Below are positions 1 through 11,580 of a stretch of DNA of 64,000 nt, piece by piece. The notes below the pieces were generated by a model. It did no database searches. It was given only the letters and a program-made list of their open reading frames with translations, and was not told the DNA's origin. Position 1 is the stretch's first letter. Every line of letters begins with the position of its first letter. The translations under genes were made by a program, and so were the position numbers. The stretch is taken from positions 17,114 through 81,113 of the forward strand of contig CAVUIJ010000008.1 of assembly GCA_963741505.1 (NCBI GenBank), given 5' to 3'. Source of the DNA: an uncultured Alphaproteobacteria bacterium. Its GTDB lineage: Bacteria; Pseudomonadota; Alphaproteobacteria; Rhizobiales; Hyphomicrobiaceae.

Positions 1-320
1 ACCGTCGAGAAGCCCTCGATCTCCTTCTCGAACAGCGGCTTGACGGCTTCCGGCGTCACGTCGCGGCCGGTGAAGCCGGTGCCGCCGGTGGTGATCACCA
101 CGTTGACGGTAGGGTCGGCGATCCAGCCCTGCACGCGGGCGCGGATCTCGGCCACGCTGTCCTTGACGATCGCCTTGTCGGCGAGGACGTGGCCGTCGGC
201 GGTCAGCATATCGACCAGCGTCTTGCCCGATTTGTCGTCGGTCTCGTGCCGGGTGTCCGACACCGTCAGGACGGCGATACGAACCGGAATGAACGGGCGG
301 CTCTCGTCGATGCGGGGCAT
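1..320 (-). CDS. moaB: MoaB/MogA-family molybdenum cofactor biosynthesis protein, N-terminal part (gene runs off the window start)
   Basis: My translation of the minus strand from ATG at 320-318 gives MPRIDESRPFIPVRIAVLTVSDTRHETDDKSGKTLVDML...VVITTGGTGFTGRDVTPEA, with the MoCF-biosynthesis TTGGTG signature. It is absent from the ORF track because it is truncated. Confidence 0.8.
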   Translation of the reverse strand, partial: MPRIDESRPFIPVRIAVLTVSDTRHETDDKSGKTLVDMLTADGHVLADKAIVKDSVAEIRARVQGWIADPTVNVVITTGGTGFTGRDVTPEAVKPLFEKEIEGFST

Positions 321-330
321 GGCGTGATCC

Positions 331-1254
331 TCAGGTATCGAGTGCGATCTTGACGGCGAGCAGGTCGGCCCAGGCCTGGCGCTTGGCGGCCGGCGTGCGC
401 AGCAGGTAGGCCGGGTGCAGCGTGGCCATGGTGCGGATGTGCTTGCCGCCGACCTCGATCTGGCGCCAGGAGCCGCGCAACTTCATGATGCCCTCGGGCG
501 TGTTCAACATGTGCTTCGCAGCAGCACCGCCGAGCAGCAGGATGATCCTCGGTTCGACGAGTTCGATCTGCCGCTCCAGGAACGGGCGGCAGATCAGGCC
601 CTCCTGCGGCGTCGGCGTGCGATTGCCGGGCGGGCGCCAGTACACCATGTTGGTGATGTGCACGGTCTGCTCGCTCTCGCCGATGGCGGCCAGCATGCGA
701 TCGAGCAGTTGTCCGGCCGGGCCGACGAACGGCTTGCCGGCGATGTCCTCTTCCCGGCCCGGCGCCTCGCCGATCACCATCAGGCGGGCCTTTTCGGCGC
801 CGCGGTAGAAACACAGGTTCTTGGCCGTCGCTTTCAGTGCACAGCCTTCGAATTTCTCGAGCATGCCGCGCAACTCGTCGAGTGAGCGGGCGCCGCGGGC
901 CTGGGCGCGGGCGGCAAGGGCTGCCTCGTCCGGCGGCGCGGTCGGGAAGGCGCGTGTCGGCGGTGGCGCCACGGGCGCACGCGGTGCTGGGGGCGGCGCG
1001 GCGGGTGCTCGTGGTGCCGCAGGTTCGAATGCCTGGGCAGGCTGCGGCGCGGTGGCGACCGGCTGGGAAGCGCTGGCCGGCGGCGGCGGTCCGCGCTCGG
1101 GCCGATCAGGGTATTTGAACCCCTTGCCCGGCGCAACATCGCCGCGCGCCCGCCAGTCGGTCGCGACCTCGTCGACCGCATGCGTCACGCCCATCTCGCG
1201 ATACCAGTCGAGAAGCGCCAGCAGTTCGTTGGTGGTGTAGCCGTGGTTCATCAT
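331..1254 (-). CDS. uracil-DNA glycosylase, family 4, with Pro/Ala-rich linker and N-terminal extension
   Basis: 307-aa ORF. The C-terminal half carries the family-4 UDG motifs GEAPGREEDIAGKPFVGPAGQLLDRML and HPAYLLR. Confidence 0.9.
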   Translation of the reverse strand: MMNHGYTTNELLALLDWYREMGVTHAVDEVATDWRARGDVAPGKGFKYPDRPERGPPPPASASQPVATAPQPAQAFEPAAPRAPAAPPPAPRAPVAPPPTRAFPTAPPDEAALAARAQARGARSLDELRGMLEKFEGCALKATAKNLCFYRGAEKARLMVIGEAPGREEDIAGKPFVGPAGQLLDRMLAAIGESEQTVHITNMVYWRPPGNRTPTPQEGLICRPFLERQIELVEPRIILLLGGAAAKHMLNTPEGIMKLRGSWRQIEVGGKHIRTMATLHPAYLLRTPAAKRQAWADLLAVKIALDT

Positions 1255-1282
1255 AATCAGTCTAACATAACCGGCGCGCGCA

Positions 1283-2011
1283 TCACCGCATCAGATCGGC
1301 GAGGGCGCCGGTGAGGCGCTTCGGCTCGCCCAGCTGGTAGCCGCCGATCTTCGAGGTACGCAGGCCGAGCGCCACCAGCATCTCGGCGAGTTTCACCGCC
1401 GCGCCGACGCCGTCGATCACCGGCAGCCCGTGCGCCTTCGACAGGTCGGCCGCCAATTGCGCCATGCCGGCGCAGCCGAGCACGATCGCCTCGGCGCGAT
1501 CCTCGGCGATGGCGCGACGGATCTCGGCGTCGATGCGGGCGCGCGCGTCGGAGCCCTCCTTTTCCAGCTCCAGAACGGCCACGTCGGCGGCGCGCACCCG
1601 GCCGCGGCGGTCGAAGCCGTATTTCAGCACGTTGGTCTCCAGCGCCGGGATCGACCGCGACAGGGTGGTGACGACCGTGAAGCGGTAGGCGATCAGCGTC
1701 GCCGCGTGCATGGCGGCCTCGCCGATGCCGATCACCGGTGCTCGGGCGAGCTGCCGTGCCGCGTCGAGGCCGGTATCGTCGAAGCAGGCGATGATGTGGG
1801 CGCTCGCCCCCGCCGCCTCGCCTGCCGCGATCGCCTTGAGCAGGCCGGGTAAACTCAGCGCCTCGTCGTAGTATCCCTCGATCGACACCGGCCCGGTCGG
1901 CGACGTCACCGCCTCGATCAGCGTTGTCGGCCCGGCGACGGCCTTCGCCGCCCGCGCGATGCCGTCGGTCATAGCCGCGGTCGTATTCGGATTGATGATG
2001 TGCAACTTCAT
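1283..2011 (-). CDS. Asp/Glu/hydantoin racemase family protein
   Basis: 242-aa ORF MKLHIINPNTTAAMTD...ACFDDTGL...VLGCAGM, with two conserved Cys-containing motifs typical of the family. Confidence 0.8.
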   Translation of the reverse strand: MKLHIINPNTTAAMTDGIARAAKAVAGPTTLIEAVTSPTGPVSIEGYYDEALSLPGLLKAIAAGEAAGASAHIIACFDDTGLDAARQLARAPVIGIGEAAMHAATLIAYRFTVVTTLSRSIPALETNVLKYGFDRRGRVRAADVAVLELEKEGSDARARIDAEIRRAIAEDRAEAIVLGCAGMAQLAADLSKAHGLPVIDGVGAAVKLAEMLVALGLRTSKIGGYQLGEPKRLTGALADLMR

Positions 2012-2152
2012 GAAGAACCTCGCGAAAATTGGCGGGCCAGCTGGTCGGCGGTCACCGCCGGTGGCGATCGATGTTAATCACATCGCCCGCAGCGCTGATA
2101 GCGCCGCCAGATACCCTTTTGCGCTGCACCAGAGGGTGCTACACCCCGCGCC

Positions 2153-3957
<1,805 letters not shown>

Positions 3958-3975
3958 GCGGCAGGAGATTCTTCA

Positions 3976-4207
3976 ATGGAACGTATCGCCAGGATCCATA
4001 TCGAGAAGCTACCCGAGGGCGTCTACCTCGCTACATCGGATGATGTGCCGGGTCTCGTCGCCCAGGGACGCACGATCGCTGAGACGACTTGAAATTGCCC
4101 GCGATGTTGCGAAGAAGCTGTTGGAGGCGCAAACCGCGGATAGCGGAAAGTCCAGACTCCAGACGACCGGCGATGCATTCGATTACCCGCTCATCGTTGC
4201 GACCTGA
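3976..4207 (+). pseudogene. hicB: HicB-family antitoxin, one frame break
   Basis: MERIARIHIEKLPEGVYLATSDDVPGLVAQGRTIAET / LEIARDVAKKLLEAQ... lies in two frames, with an extra A near 4087. GGAG sits upstream of the ATG. The stop overlaps the hicA start (TGATG). Confidence 0.6.
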
Positions 4208-4431
4208 TGGGACGATTGGCCGGGTTTGGCTATCGGGACATCGTGCGAAAACTGCGCGCGCTCGGCTTTTCATTTCATCGGCATGCAGCTGGTTCGCATG
4301 AGATTTGGCACAATCCGACGACCAAAGCCTTCACGACCATACCCAATCATCCAGGTGACATGCCCGAGGGCACTCTTCGCGCGATCCTCAAGCAGGCTGG
4401 TGTTGCGGTAGAAGATTTTCTCATTGCTTGA
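4207..4431 (+). CDS. hicA: HicA-family mRNA-interferase toxin (YcfA-like)
   Basis: 74-aa ORF GYRDIVRKLRALGFSFHRHAAGSHEIWHNP...IPNHPGDMPEGTLRAILKQAG is the canonical HicA pattern. Confidence 0.85.
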   Translation: MGRLAGFGYRDIVRKLRALGFSFHRHAAGSHEIWHNPTTKAFTTIPNHPGDMPEGTLRAILKQAGVAVEDFLIA

Positions 4432-4441
4432 TCGTGGTGTT

Positions 4442-4491
4442 GCGGCGCTATCAGCCGCAAGCGCAAGCTGCTCGACGAGCAGAAGCGCGGC
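4442..4491 (+). repeat. direct repeat copy 2 (dead duplicate of the lepA tail)
   Basis: 48/50 identity to 3827-3876. It reads ..[15 protein letters not shown] and then diverges from LepA. Confidence 0.85.
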
Positions 4492-4516
4492 GGATCGGCA
4501 TGTCAACTCCCCGTCC

Positions 4517-5113
4517 TCACACGAACAGCGCCATCACCGACGCCGCCAGTGCCGCGCCCATCGTCACGTTGAAAATCCGCGCGCTGCGTTCGTCGCGAAG
4601 GAAGCGCTGCACCACTGCGCCGAGGACGAGCCAGACGAGCCCGGCCGGCAATGCGGCGACAAAGAACAGGCCGCCGAACGCCACCGCTTGCGCGAGTGCA
4701 TTGCCGCCGTTGCCTGCAGATAGGTGCCAGCCGCGCTGACCGCGACCAGCCAGCCCTTCGGATTGACCCACTGGAATGCCGCCGCGCCCCAGAAGCCGAC
4801 CGGCATCGCGGCGTTCGTCGCCGATGAAGTTCCCGAAGTCGCGATTTTCCAGGCGAGCCATAACAGGAAGGCCGCGCCGCAGACGATTTAAAGCCCTGAG
4901 CAACATCGGCTGGCTGATCACCAATTGGCCGAGGCCGAGCGCGCTGCAAAACAATAGGCTGGCCATGCCGACGGCTGCACCGAGCGCACATGGCAGTCCA
5001 CGCCAGACACCTACCGCCGAACCGGTGGCCGTGATCATGGTATTGCTCGGCCCTGGCGTAATGGCAGCGACCAGCGCGAACACCAGAAATGCTATGGCCT
5101 GGTCGAAAAGCAT
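4517..5113 (-). pseudogene. LysE/RhtB-family amino-acid exporter, frame-broken
   Basis: MLFDQAIAFLVFALVAAITPGPSNT... and the C-terminus ...LAQAVAFGGLFFVAALPAGLVWL share one frame. The central PVGFWGAAAFQWVNPKGWLVAVSAAGTYLQ lies in ORF 4564-4806. Breaks are near 4810 and 4720. Confidence 0.75.
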
Positions 5114-5348
5114 GGATAGACCGCCCGAATTCGTGAGCTTGCCGCCGATCGAAGATGCAACAGATTCACGTGCCACCGCGACGGCTCAAATGCCGTGTAG
5201 GCGAGATTGTTGCTTCATCATCGGCGATCCAACGATCGGTGTGTCACAAATTTGCACAAGGACAAATCCGAAGTAGTTTGAAGGGCACGCGCGCTGATCC
5301 GACCGGGCGATGCGCGTGCTTCGGCAATTGCACAAGGAATGTGAGCCC

Positions 5349-5921
5349 ATGCCCGTCAAGTCGACCGCCACCACCTGGGGTTCCGTCACCCGCGCGCTGC
5401 ATTGGATCTCCGCGGCGGTGATCATCTTCGCGCTGACGCACGGCTACTGGATGGCGAACCTGCTGCCGCGTCAGCAGCGGCTGCCGCAGTACTGGCTGCA
5501 CGCGACGGTCCTCGTCTACTTCGCTTTGCTGCTGGCGATCCGCATTGCTTGGCGGCTCGGCGAGGCGACGCCCGAGCAACCGGCCAGCAGCACGCCGCTG
5601 GAGAAATCTGCCGCCCACATCGGCCATTTCGCGCTCTATGCTTTGACCGTTGCCGCGCTTGTCAGCGGCTACATGTGCTGGAGCGCGTTCCCGGCTCGCT
5701 TCGACGCAGCGCGAGCGAGCCAGATCAGCCTGTCGATGTTCGGCATGAATGTGCCGGCGTTGCACGACAAGGTCGATCGCGCGGTCTTCGGATTCTGGGA
5801 GGATACCCACACCTACCTGTCGTGGACGCTCGCCGCGCTGGTCGTCGTCCACATCCTCGCCGCTCTGCGCCATCATTTCGTCAAGGGCAACGACGTGATG
5901 CGGCGGATGGCACGCGGATAG
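5349..5921 (+). CDS. cytochrome b561 family protein
   Basis: MPVKSTATTWGSVTRALHWISAAVIIFAL...HILAALRHHFVKGNDVMRRM, with four TM segments and conserved His residues. Start taken at the internal ATG 5349. Confidence 0.85.
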   Translation: MPVKSTATTWGSVTRALHWISAAVIIFALTHGYWMANLLPRQQRLPQYWLHATVLVYFALLLAIRIAWRLGEATPEQPASSTPLEKSAAHIGHFALYALTVAALVSGYMCWSAFPARFDAARASQISLSMFGMNVPALHDKVDRAVFGFWEDTHTYLSWTLAALVVVHILAALRHHFVKGNDVMRRMARG

Positions 5922-6093
5922 GATGGGCCGAGCCAGCGGGTTTGTTGCAATACTTCCGACGGTCCGTTCACCGCAACGCGACAGCCAAATGGCCCGACGC
6001 CGCATTTCACTGCATTGTGACTGGTAGCCTACGGTCGCGCATGGCAACGTTGCTCGGCGACGCATACAACGACAATCATCGACCGGAGGAACC

Positions 6094-6762
6094 ATGACCA
6101 GGACAGCACGCCATACCGTCTTGACCTTGACCGCACTGACAGCCCTCGGCCTGGGCACCGCCGCCCTTGCCCAGCAGAACGCCATGAGCTTCTTCGTCAC
6201 CAGCGTCGGACCGGGCAAGGGTGCCGATCTCGGCGGCCTCGCCGGAGCGGACGCCCATTGCCAGACGCTCGCCGCTGCCGCGGGTGCCGGCTCGAAAACA
6301 TGGCGGGCGTACCTGAGCACGCAAGGCGCCGGCGCAGTCAACGCCCGCGACCGCATCGGCGCCGGCCCATGGAGCAACGCCAAGGGCGAGGTCGTTGCCA
6401 AGAGTGTCGATGATCTGCACGGCGCCAGCAACAACCTCACCAAGCAGACGGCGCTGACCGAGAAGGGCACGGTGGTGAACGGTCGTGGCGACACGCCCAA
6501 CATGCACGATGTGCTGACCGGCTCGTCGCCCGACGGCAAATCGATCGCCGGCGATGCCGACATGACCTGCAAGAACTGGACGAGCAGCACGGCCGGCGCG
6601 GCGATGGTCGGGCACTCCGACCGCACCGGGCTCGACGACAGCGCGCCGGCGAAATCGTGGAACTCGTCGCATCCCTCGCGCGGTCCGGGCGGCGGCTGCG
6701 CCCAGGACGACCTCAAGGGCACCGGCGGCGCCGGGCTCTACTACTGCTTCGCGACCAACTGA
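6094..6762 (+). CDS. secreted protein, possible endostatin/C-type-lectin-fold (DUF1554-like) domain
   Basis: Signal peptide LTALTALGLGTAALAQQ. The mature part reads FFVTS..GADAHCQTLA..KTWRAYLS...CKNWTS...GLYYCFA, with paired Cys. Confidence 0.55.
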   Translation: MTRTARHTVLTLTALTALGLGTAALAQQNAMSFFVTSVGPGKGADLGGLAGADAHCQTLAAAAGAGSKTWRAYLSTQGAGAVNARDRIGAGPWSNAKGEVVAKSVDDLHGASNNLTKQTALTEKGTVVNGRGDTPNMHDVLTGSSPDGKSIAGDADMTCKNWTSSTAGAAMVGHSDRTGLDDSAPAKSWNSSHPSRGPGGGCAQDDLKGTGGAGLYYCFATN

Positions 6763-6826
6763 CGGTCGAGTGCGCGGCGGCGGGGCAGCGGGCTGCTCCG
6801 CCGCGCGTCCTTGCCTGACGGCAATG

Positions 6827-7561
6827 TCAGGCTGCCGGCTTGAACCAGACGATGCTGGTGCGCAGGAATTCCTTGTCCGAGTACGGGCTGTCCTGGACCT
6901 CGGCGACGGCGAGGCTGTAGGGCGGCTGGTCGACGTAGACGCCAGAGCCGAGCGGGATGCGGACCGCGATGCCGTGCGCGATGTCGAGATTGGCGGCGGC
7001 GAACCTGGTCGGCAGCAACTCGGTGATGATGGCGACCTTGTAGAGCCTTGCCAGGCGCTCCAGAACAGCTGCGATCTGGGCGTTGCTCAAATGCTGCAGC
7101 ACCTGCCGGATGGTAACGACATCGCCGGCCGGCGGATCGGCGTCGACCGCATTGACCTGGACAAATCGCACGTTGCTGTTCGCATGGCGCGCGCGATTAT
7201 GCTCGATCACGCTGCGCGCAACGTCACAACCGGTGTAGTCGAGCGGCCGCTGCAGCCGCGCCAGGATGCGGCGGGAAACCTGGAAATCGCCGCAGCCGAT
7301 GTCGACCAGCGTATTGAGCTCGCGGTGGGCGTCGAGAAGCGAGACGACGAGAGCCTCGTATCGGGCCGATTTTGCCGGCAGTGAACCATCACCGGAATGG
7401 AACTGCGAGCCGTCGGGTGCGCGCCCCCATTTGCCTTCGGTGTAGATCTTGTCGAACGTCGCCTCGACGCTCAGCCCGCGCGACCATGCCTGGCGCTTGT
7501 TGAACTTGCGCGCGCGTCGCCGTTGCTGACGCCAGGCCTTGAGCGATTCGATCAATCCCAC
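6827..7561 (-). CDS. class I SAM-dependent methyltransferase
   Basis: 244-aa ORF with motif I VDIGCGDFQV. Confidence 0.7.
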   Translation of the reverse strand: MGLIESLKAWRQQRRRARKFNKRQAWSRGLSVEATFDKIYTEGKWGRAPDGSQFHSGDGSLPAKSARYEALVVSLLDAHRELNTLVDIGCGDFQVSRRILARLQRPLDYTGCDVARSVIEHNRARHANSNVRFVQVNAVDADPPAGDVVTIRQVLQHLSNAQIAAVLERLARLYKVAIITELLPTRFAAANLDIAHGIAVRIPLGSGVYVDQPPYSLAVAEVQDSPYSDKEFLRTSIVWFKPAA

Positions 7562-7594
7562 CAGAGCTCTCCCCGCCCGTTGATGCTCCGCAGG

Positions 7595-8548
7595 TCACTT
7601 GCCAAGCGCCTGCTTCTTCCACAGCTCCCACGGCCTGGCCGAGATCACTTCGTTGACCTTGTCGGCTTTGACACCCTCCTCGGGCTCGAGGTAGGTCACC
7701 GGCCCGCCGAGCCCGATCGCCTGCAATTGCAGCCGGGCATTGACCTCGAGATAGACCGCGCGGAATACGGCGAGCGGCACCGTCGGCGCCACCACCACGT
7801 TGCCGTGCCCGCGCATCAGCACCACCGATTTGTCGCCGAGCGTTTCGGCCAGCGCCTTGCCGAGCGCGCCGGAGCCGACCAGCATGTTGGTCATGCCGCC
7901 GGACTTGCGGATCTCGAATACGGGCACGCCGGCGGCAATGAACGCCGAGTTGTGGAACATCGCCTTCATCTGCACCTGGCTCGTGCCGAACGGGATCGTC
8001 GCCGGCGAGTGACTGTGCACGACTGCCTTCACGTCGGGCCGCGCGCGATAGACCTCGGCGTGGATGAAGCGTTCGAGAAACAGCGTGCGGCCATTGGCGG
8101 TGATGCCGTTACCGTCGAGGTCGTGCTCGACGATGTCATCGGCGACGACGAGCGCTGGCGCCACCGAGCGCGCCATCATGAAGCGGTTCGGGTCCTTTGG
8201 GTGACGCATGCTGACGTGGCCGAAGCCGTCGAGCACGCCCTGGGTGACGAGAATTCGCCCGGCCGCCACCAGATCGTCGATCAGCGCCGGCTCGACCGGG
8301 CCGGCTGACACAGCAGGCGGTGGCGTGGTCTGGGCGCGGGAGGTGGCAGGCGGCAACGCACCGATCGCCAGGGCGGCAACGAACCAAATGCCGACACGTG
8401 CCGATGGTCGCAATCGAGATCCAATCACAGCGTCTCCTCCCTCGCTCTTTTGCCTTCTGCCGATAGCACCACGAGCAAGGCAGGCAGCGCAAGCTTCAGT
8501 GACGCCGCCCGGCGCGATCGAGGGCGACGGCCAGCATCGTAGCATCAC
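7595..8548 (-). CDS. class II aldolase/adducin family protein (start uncertain, possibly with signal peptide)
   Basis: GFGHVSMRHP...VHSHSPATIPFG...MRGHGNVVVA are typical class-II aldolase motifs. An N-terminal hydrophobic stretch VGIWFVAALAIGALP is present. Confidence 0.75.
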   Translation of the reverse strand: MMLRCWPSPSIAPGGVTEACAACLARGAIGRRQKSEGGDAVIGSRLRPSARVGIWFVAALAIGALPPATSRAQTTPPPAVSAGPVEPALIDDLVAAGRILVTQGVLDGFGHVSMRHPKDPNRFMMARSVAPALVVADDIVEHDLDGNGITANGRTLFLERFIHAEVYRARPDVKAVVHSHSPATIPFGTSQVQMKAMFHNSAFIAAGVPVFEIRKSGGMTNMLVGSGALGKALAETLGDKSVVLMRGHGNVVVAPTVPLAVFRAVYLEVNARLQLQAIGLGGPVTYLEPEEGVKADKVNEVISARPWELWKKQALGK

Positions 8549-9509
8549 CGCCGATCCAACGGTGACCGCGACTGCATCGAGGGCATGAACTCCTTGAGCC
8601 GGTCGGGGTACGAGGCGCCGTAGATTTGCAGCCAGCCGGCACCGGCGCCGACCGGGCGCTGCTGCTGCACTCCGGCAAGCTGATCGAACAGAGCGGGATC
8701 GTTGAGCCCGCGCAGCGTCACGTCGACGAGGCGGTGCAGTGCGCCATCACCCATGGCGTACCAGTCTTCTTCCTTGAACCGGGCAAGTTCGGCCAGTACG
8801 ACGAGCGGCATCACCGCGAAGGCGTGGTAGTGGATGGCGCGAGCGCCGCGGGCGATCTCCATCGGCAAGGTGCCGTCGGCGGCGATGTCGCCGGCCGCAT
8901 CCGCCATGATGCCGCGCGCCATCTGCCAATGCCGGTCGCTGTCGGTGGCAATCGCGGTGGCGCCGACGGCGAGGCCGAGCCAATACCAGTGGTTGTTGCG
9001 CTTATGCTTGGGGTCATCGAAGAATGCGCGCGCGGCATCGGCAAAACGCATCAGCCAGGGCTCGATGACGCGGCGCTGCTCCGCGCTCGCGAATGATTTC
9101 AGCTTGATGTAGGCGAGTGCTGCGCCGGCCAGATCCCACTTGCGCTGGTATTCAGCCTGGTCCTGCGCCATGCGGCCGAGCCAGGCATCGCCGCGCGCCC
9201 AGGCTTCGAGCCAAACAAGGGCGCAGGATGCGACCTCGAGCTGGGCCGCCGGTTTCGAGCTGGCGCAGCGCCTTGTCGGCTTGTGCCGTCACTTCTTCGA
9301 GGAAATTGGTCAGCGGCGCCACGGCGGCGTCATGCAACGCCTTCTGCTTCGGCTCGATAATCGTGCCCCGGGCGTCGCCATAGAAGCGCGGGATGTCGAG
9401 GTCCTTGACCGGCGCCGGCGCCGGCGGGCAAGCGGCAGCCAGCCGTCGCGGCGAGCATCAGGGCCAGCATGGCTGAACCGGCTACTCTCGTCGTTCGACG
9501 CCGCCGCAT
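8545..9509 (-). pseudogene. alginate-lyase-family (PL5/AlgL-like) periplasmic protein, frame-broken
   Basis: The signal MRRRRTTRVAGSAMLALMLAATAGC (ORF 9330-9605), a middle part (ORF 9152-9337) and the C-terminal 208 aa with KRNNHWYWLGLAV (AlgL NNHSYW-type motif) lie in three frames. Confidence 0.55.
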
Positions 9510-9653
9510 CGCGATCTTGCCTCCGAAAATGGTCGCGGTCGCAGCATGCCCGGCCGGCGTTAATCGGCGCCTAACCGGATTGGAGCCGCTGGCGCTTGTC
9601 CGCATCCTTGCCTAATCTTGGACCTTGCGCTGCTCGAACGAAAGGTTAAGCCC

Positions 9654-10592
9654 ATGCGCCGCATTCTGTTCTCCGCTACCGTTGCCCTGTTGGCGCTGCC
9701 GGCACACGCCCAGGAAACCAAGGTCGCGATCGGCCTGTCGGGATGGACCGGCTTTGCGCCGCTGACGCTGGCCAAGGAAGCCGGCATCTTCAAGAAGAAC
9801 GGCCTCGACGTTTCCTTGAAGAAAATTCCGCAGAAGGACCGCCACCTCGCCATCGCCTCGGGCGACGTGCAGTGCGCGGCGACCACCGTCGAGACCTGGA
9901 TCGTGTGGAACGCCAGCGGCGTTGCGACGAAGCAGATCTTCCAGCTCGACAAGTCCTACGGCGCCGACGGCATGGCGGTGCGCAACGACATCACCGCGAT
10001 CAAGGACCTCAAGGGCAAGACGGTCGCCGCATCCGCGCCCGGCACCGCGCCCTACTTCACGCTGGCCTGGATGCTGAAGAAGAACGGCCTCAGTGTGAAG
10101 GACGTGACCGTCGTCAACATGGAGCCGGCCGCCGCTGCGCAGGCCTTCGTCGCCGGCCAGAACGACGCTGCCATGACCTACGAGCCGTATCTGTCGACGG
10201 TGCGCTCGGCGCCTGACAAGGGGAAGATCATCGCCACCACGCTCGACTACCCGATGATCATGGATACCTTCGGCTGCACGCCGAAGTTCCTCGCCGAAAA
10301 TCCGAAGGCGGCGAAGGCGCTGGCCGACAGCTATTTCGAGGCGGTCGAGATGATCGGCAAGGAGCCGGCCAAGTCGAACGAGATCATGGGCGCCGACGTC
10401 AAGCAGTCGGCCGAGCAGTTCGCCGCCTCCTCGAAGTACCTGCGCTGGCAGGACAAGGCGTCGAACCAGAAGTTCTTCGCCGGCGAGTTGCAGGCGTTCT
10501 CCAAGGAAGCCGGCGAGCTCTTGATGGAGATCGGCATCGTCAAGCAGATGCCCAAGATCGAGGACATCATGGATACGAGCTTTATCAAGTGA
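9654..10592 (+). CDS. ABC transporter substrate-binding protein, NitT/TauT family
   Basis: Signal MRRILFSATVALLALPAHAQ, then ETKVAIGLSGWTGFAPLTLAKEAGIFKKNGLDV, the typical NMT1/SsuA-like fold signature. Confidence 0.85.
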   Translation: MRRILFSATVALLALPAHAQETKVAIGLSGWTGFAPLTLAKEAGIFKKNGLDVSLKKIPQKDRHLAIASGDVQCAATTVETWIVWNASGVATKQIFQLDKSYGADGMAVRNDITAIKDLKGKTVAASAPGTAPYFTLAWMLKKNGLSVKDVTVVNMEPAAAAQAFVAGQNDAAMTYEPYLSTVRSAPDKGKIIATTLDYPMIMDTFGCTPKFLAENPKAAKALADSYFEAVEMIGKEPAKSNEIMGADVKQSAEQFAASSKYLRWQDKASNQKFFAGELQAFSKEAGELLMEIGIVKQMPKIEDIMDTSFIK

Positions 10593-10675
10593 GAGTGCGA
10601 GGCGGCGTCGGATCGTGAGGGTCTGATAGCGCTCTTGATGGCTCGGCCAGTAGCGCTTTTCGCGCACCCGGCGCC

Positions 10676-10816
10676 GTCATCCCGGGGCAGGCCGGGACGA
10701 TCGAAAAGAAGCCGCGAGCAGGGTGTAGCTGAGTGGACGAACTTGCCGCCACGGCCTCGCCGTCGATATTGAGCATGTTGACTTTAGTCGCGTGTCCCGG
10801 CCTTCGCCGGGGTGAC
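10676..10816. repeat. pair of REP-type palindromic units
   Basis: gtcatcccggggcaggccgggacgatc (10676-10702) and gtgtcccggccttcgccggggtgac (10792-10816). The same motif occurs at 30950-31121. Confidence 0.7.
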
Positions 10817-10863
10817 GGCGGTGGGGATGTGAGAGCGGCGCGGCGGCGGGGGACAGTTACCGA

Positions 10864-11238
10864 TCAGCGAGAACGCCAATGTTTATAGCGCCCTGGTCGA
10901 AATCGGTAACTGTCCCCGTAGTTGGCAGTGGCGCCGGTCGCGCCGCCGCCGGCGGTCTCGGCGATGATGTTGCCTAGATGATCGTGCACGAAGTGGGTGG
11001 TGAACGGCGACGGCCCGGAAGTCTGCTGGCGGAGACTAAGCTGCTCGAGCGCGTTGTAGCCATAGGCATAGGGCAGCGCACCGACAGTCGCGGTGTCGAG
11101 CCGGTTGCGCTTGTTGTAGGTATAGCTGTTGACCGCGCCGAGCTTGTTGTCGGTCAGGACGTTGCCGGCACTGTCATAAGTGATCTGCCGCACCGTCGCG
11201 GCACCCCACCGGCCGGGACGAGGCATAAATGCGATCAA
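10864..11238 (-). pseudogene. orphan Rhs/YD-repeat core fragment (truncated at both ends)
   Basis: TVRQITYDSAGNVLTDNKLGAVNSYTYNKRNRLDTATVGALPYAYGYNALEQL...GNIIAETAGGGATGAT. The ~243 nt at 10927-11169 repeat 12365-12607. Confidence 0.8.
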
Positions 11239-11259
11239 TCGGCTGCGCGTTTCGACATC

Positions 11260-11562
11260 TCAAAAACAATCTCTAAATTGTCTGATGAATTCGACTGTGG
11301 AATGAAAAAAGTTTCGTTCAGAAGCCAAGCCTAGAACTGTAATGAAATCTTGGATCTTCCACGCATCGACAAGTGAGCGAAGGGGCGAGCGAACCTCCTT
11401 CGCGCCATCGAGCACTGCTAGAAATCGAAGAACTCGTTCGAGTTTTGGATTGGATTTTTGGATTCGTATTGCAAACGACTTGCCCTCATCGAGCATGGAG
11501 GTGATCATCGGCAAGCTTTCTCGAAGATTGTCCAACGAGAATTCGTTACTAGCTGAACGCAT
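11260..11562 (-). CDS. hypothetical protein, positional candidate for the Rhs-toxin immunity protein
   Basis: 100-aa ORF in a visibly AT-richer stretch, 18 nt downstream of the Rhs C-terminal tip on the same strand. No family recognised. Confidence 0.45.
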   Translation of the reverse strand: MRSASNEFSLDNLRESLPMITSMLDEGKSFAIRIQKSNPKLERVLRFLAVLDGAKEVRSPLRSLVDAWKIQDFITVLGLASERNFFHSTVEFIRQFRDCF

Positions 11563-11580
11563 TCGCGCAACTCCTTGGAG

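Noticed and set aside
5244-6722. 492-aa minus-strand ORF spanning the cytochrome b561 and secreted-protein genes
   Set aside because: It is antisense to two well-supported plus-strand genes. Its Arg/Pro/Ala-rich, low-complexity composition is typical of shadow ORFs in high-GC DNA.
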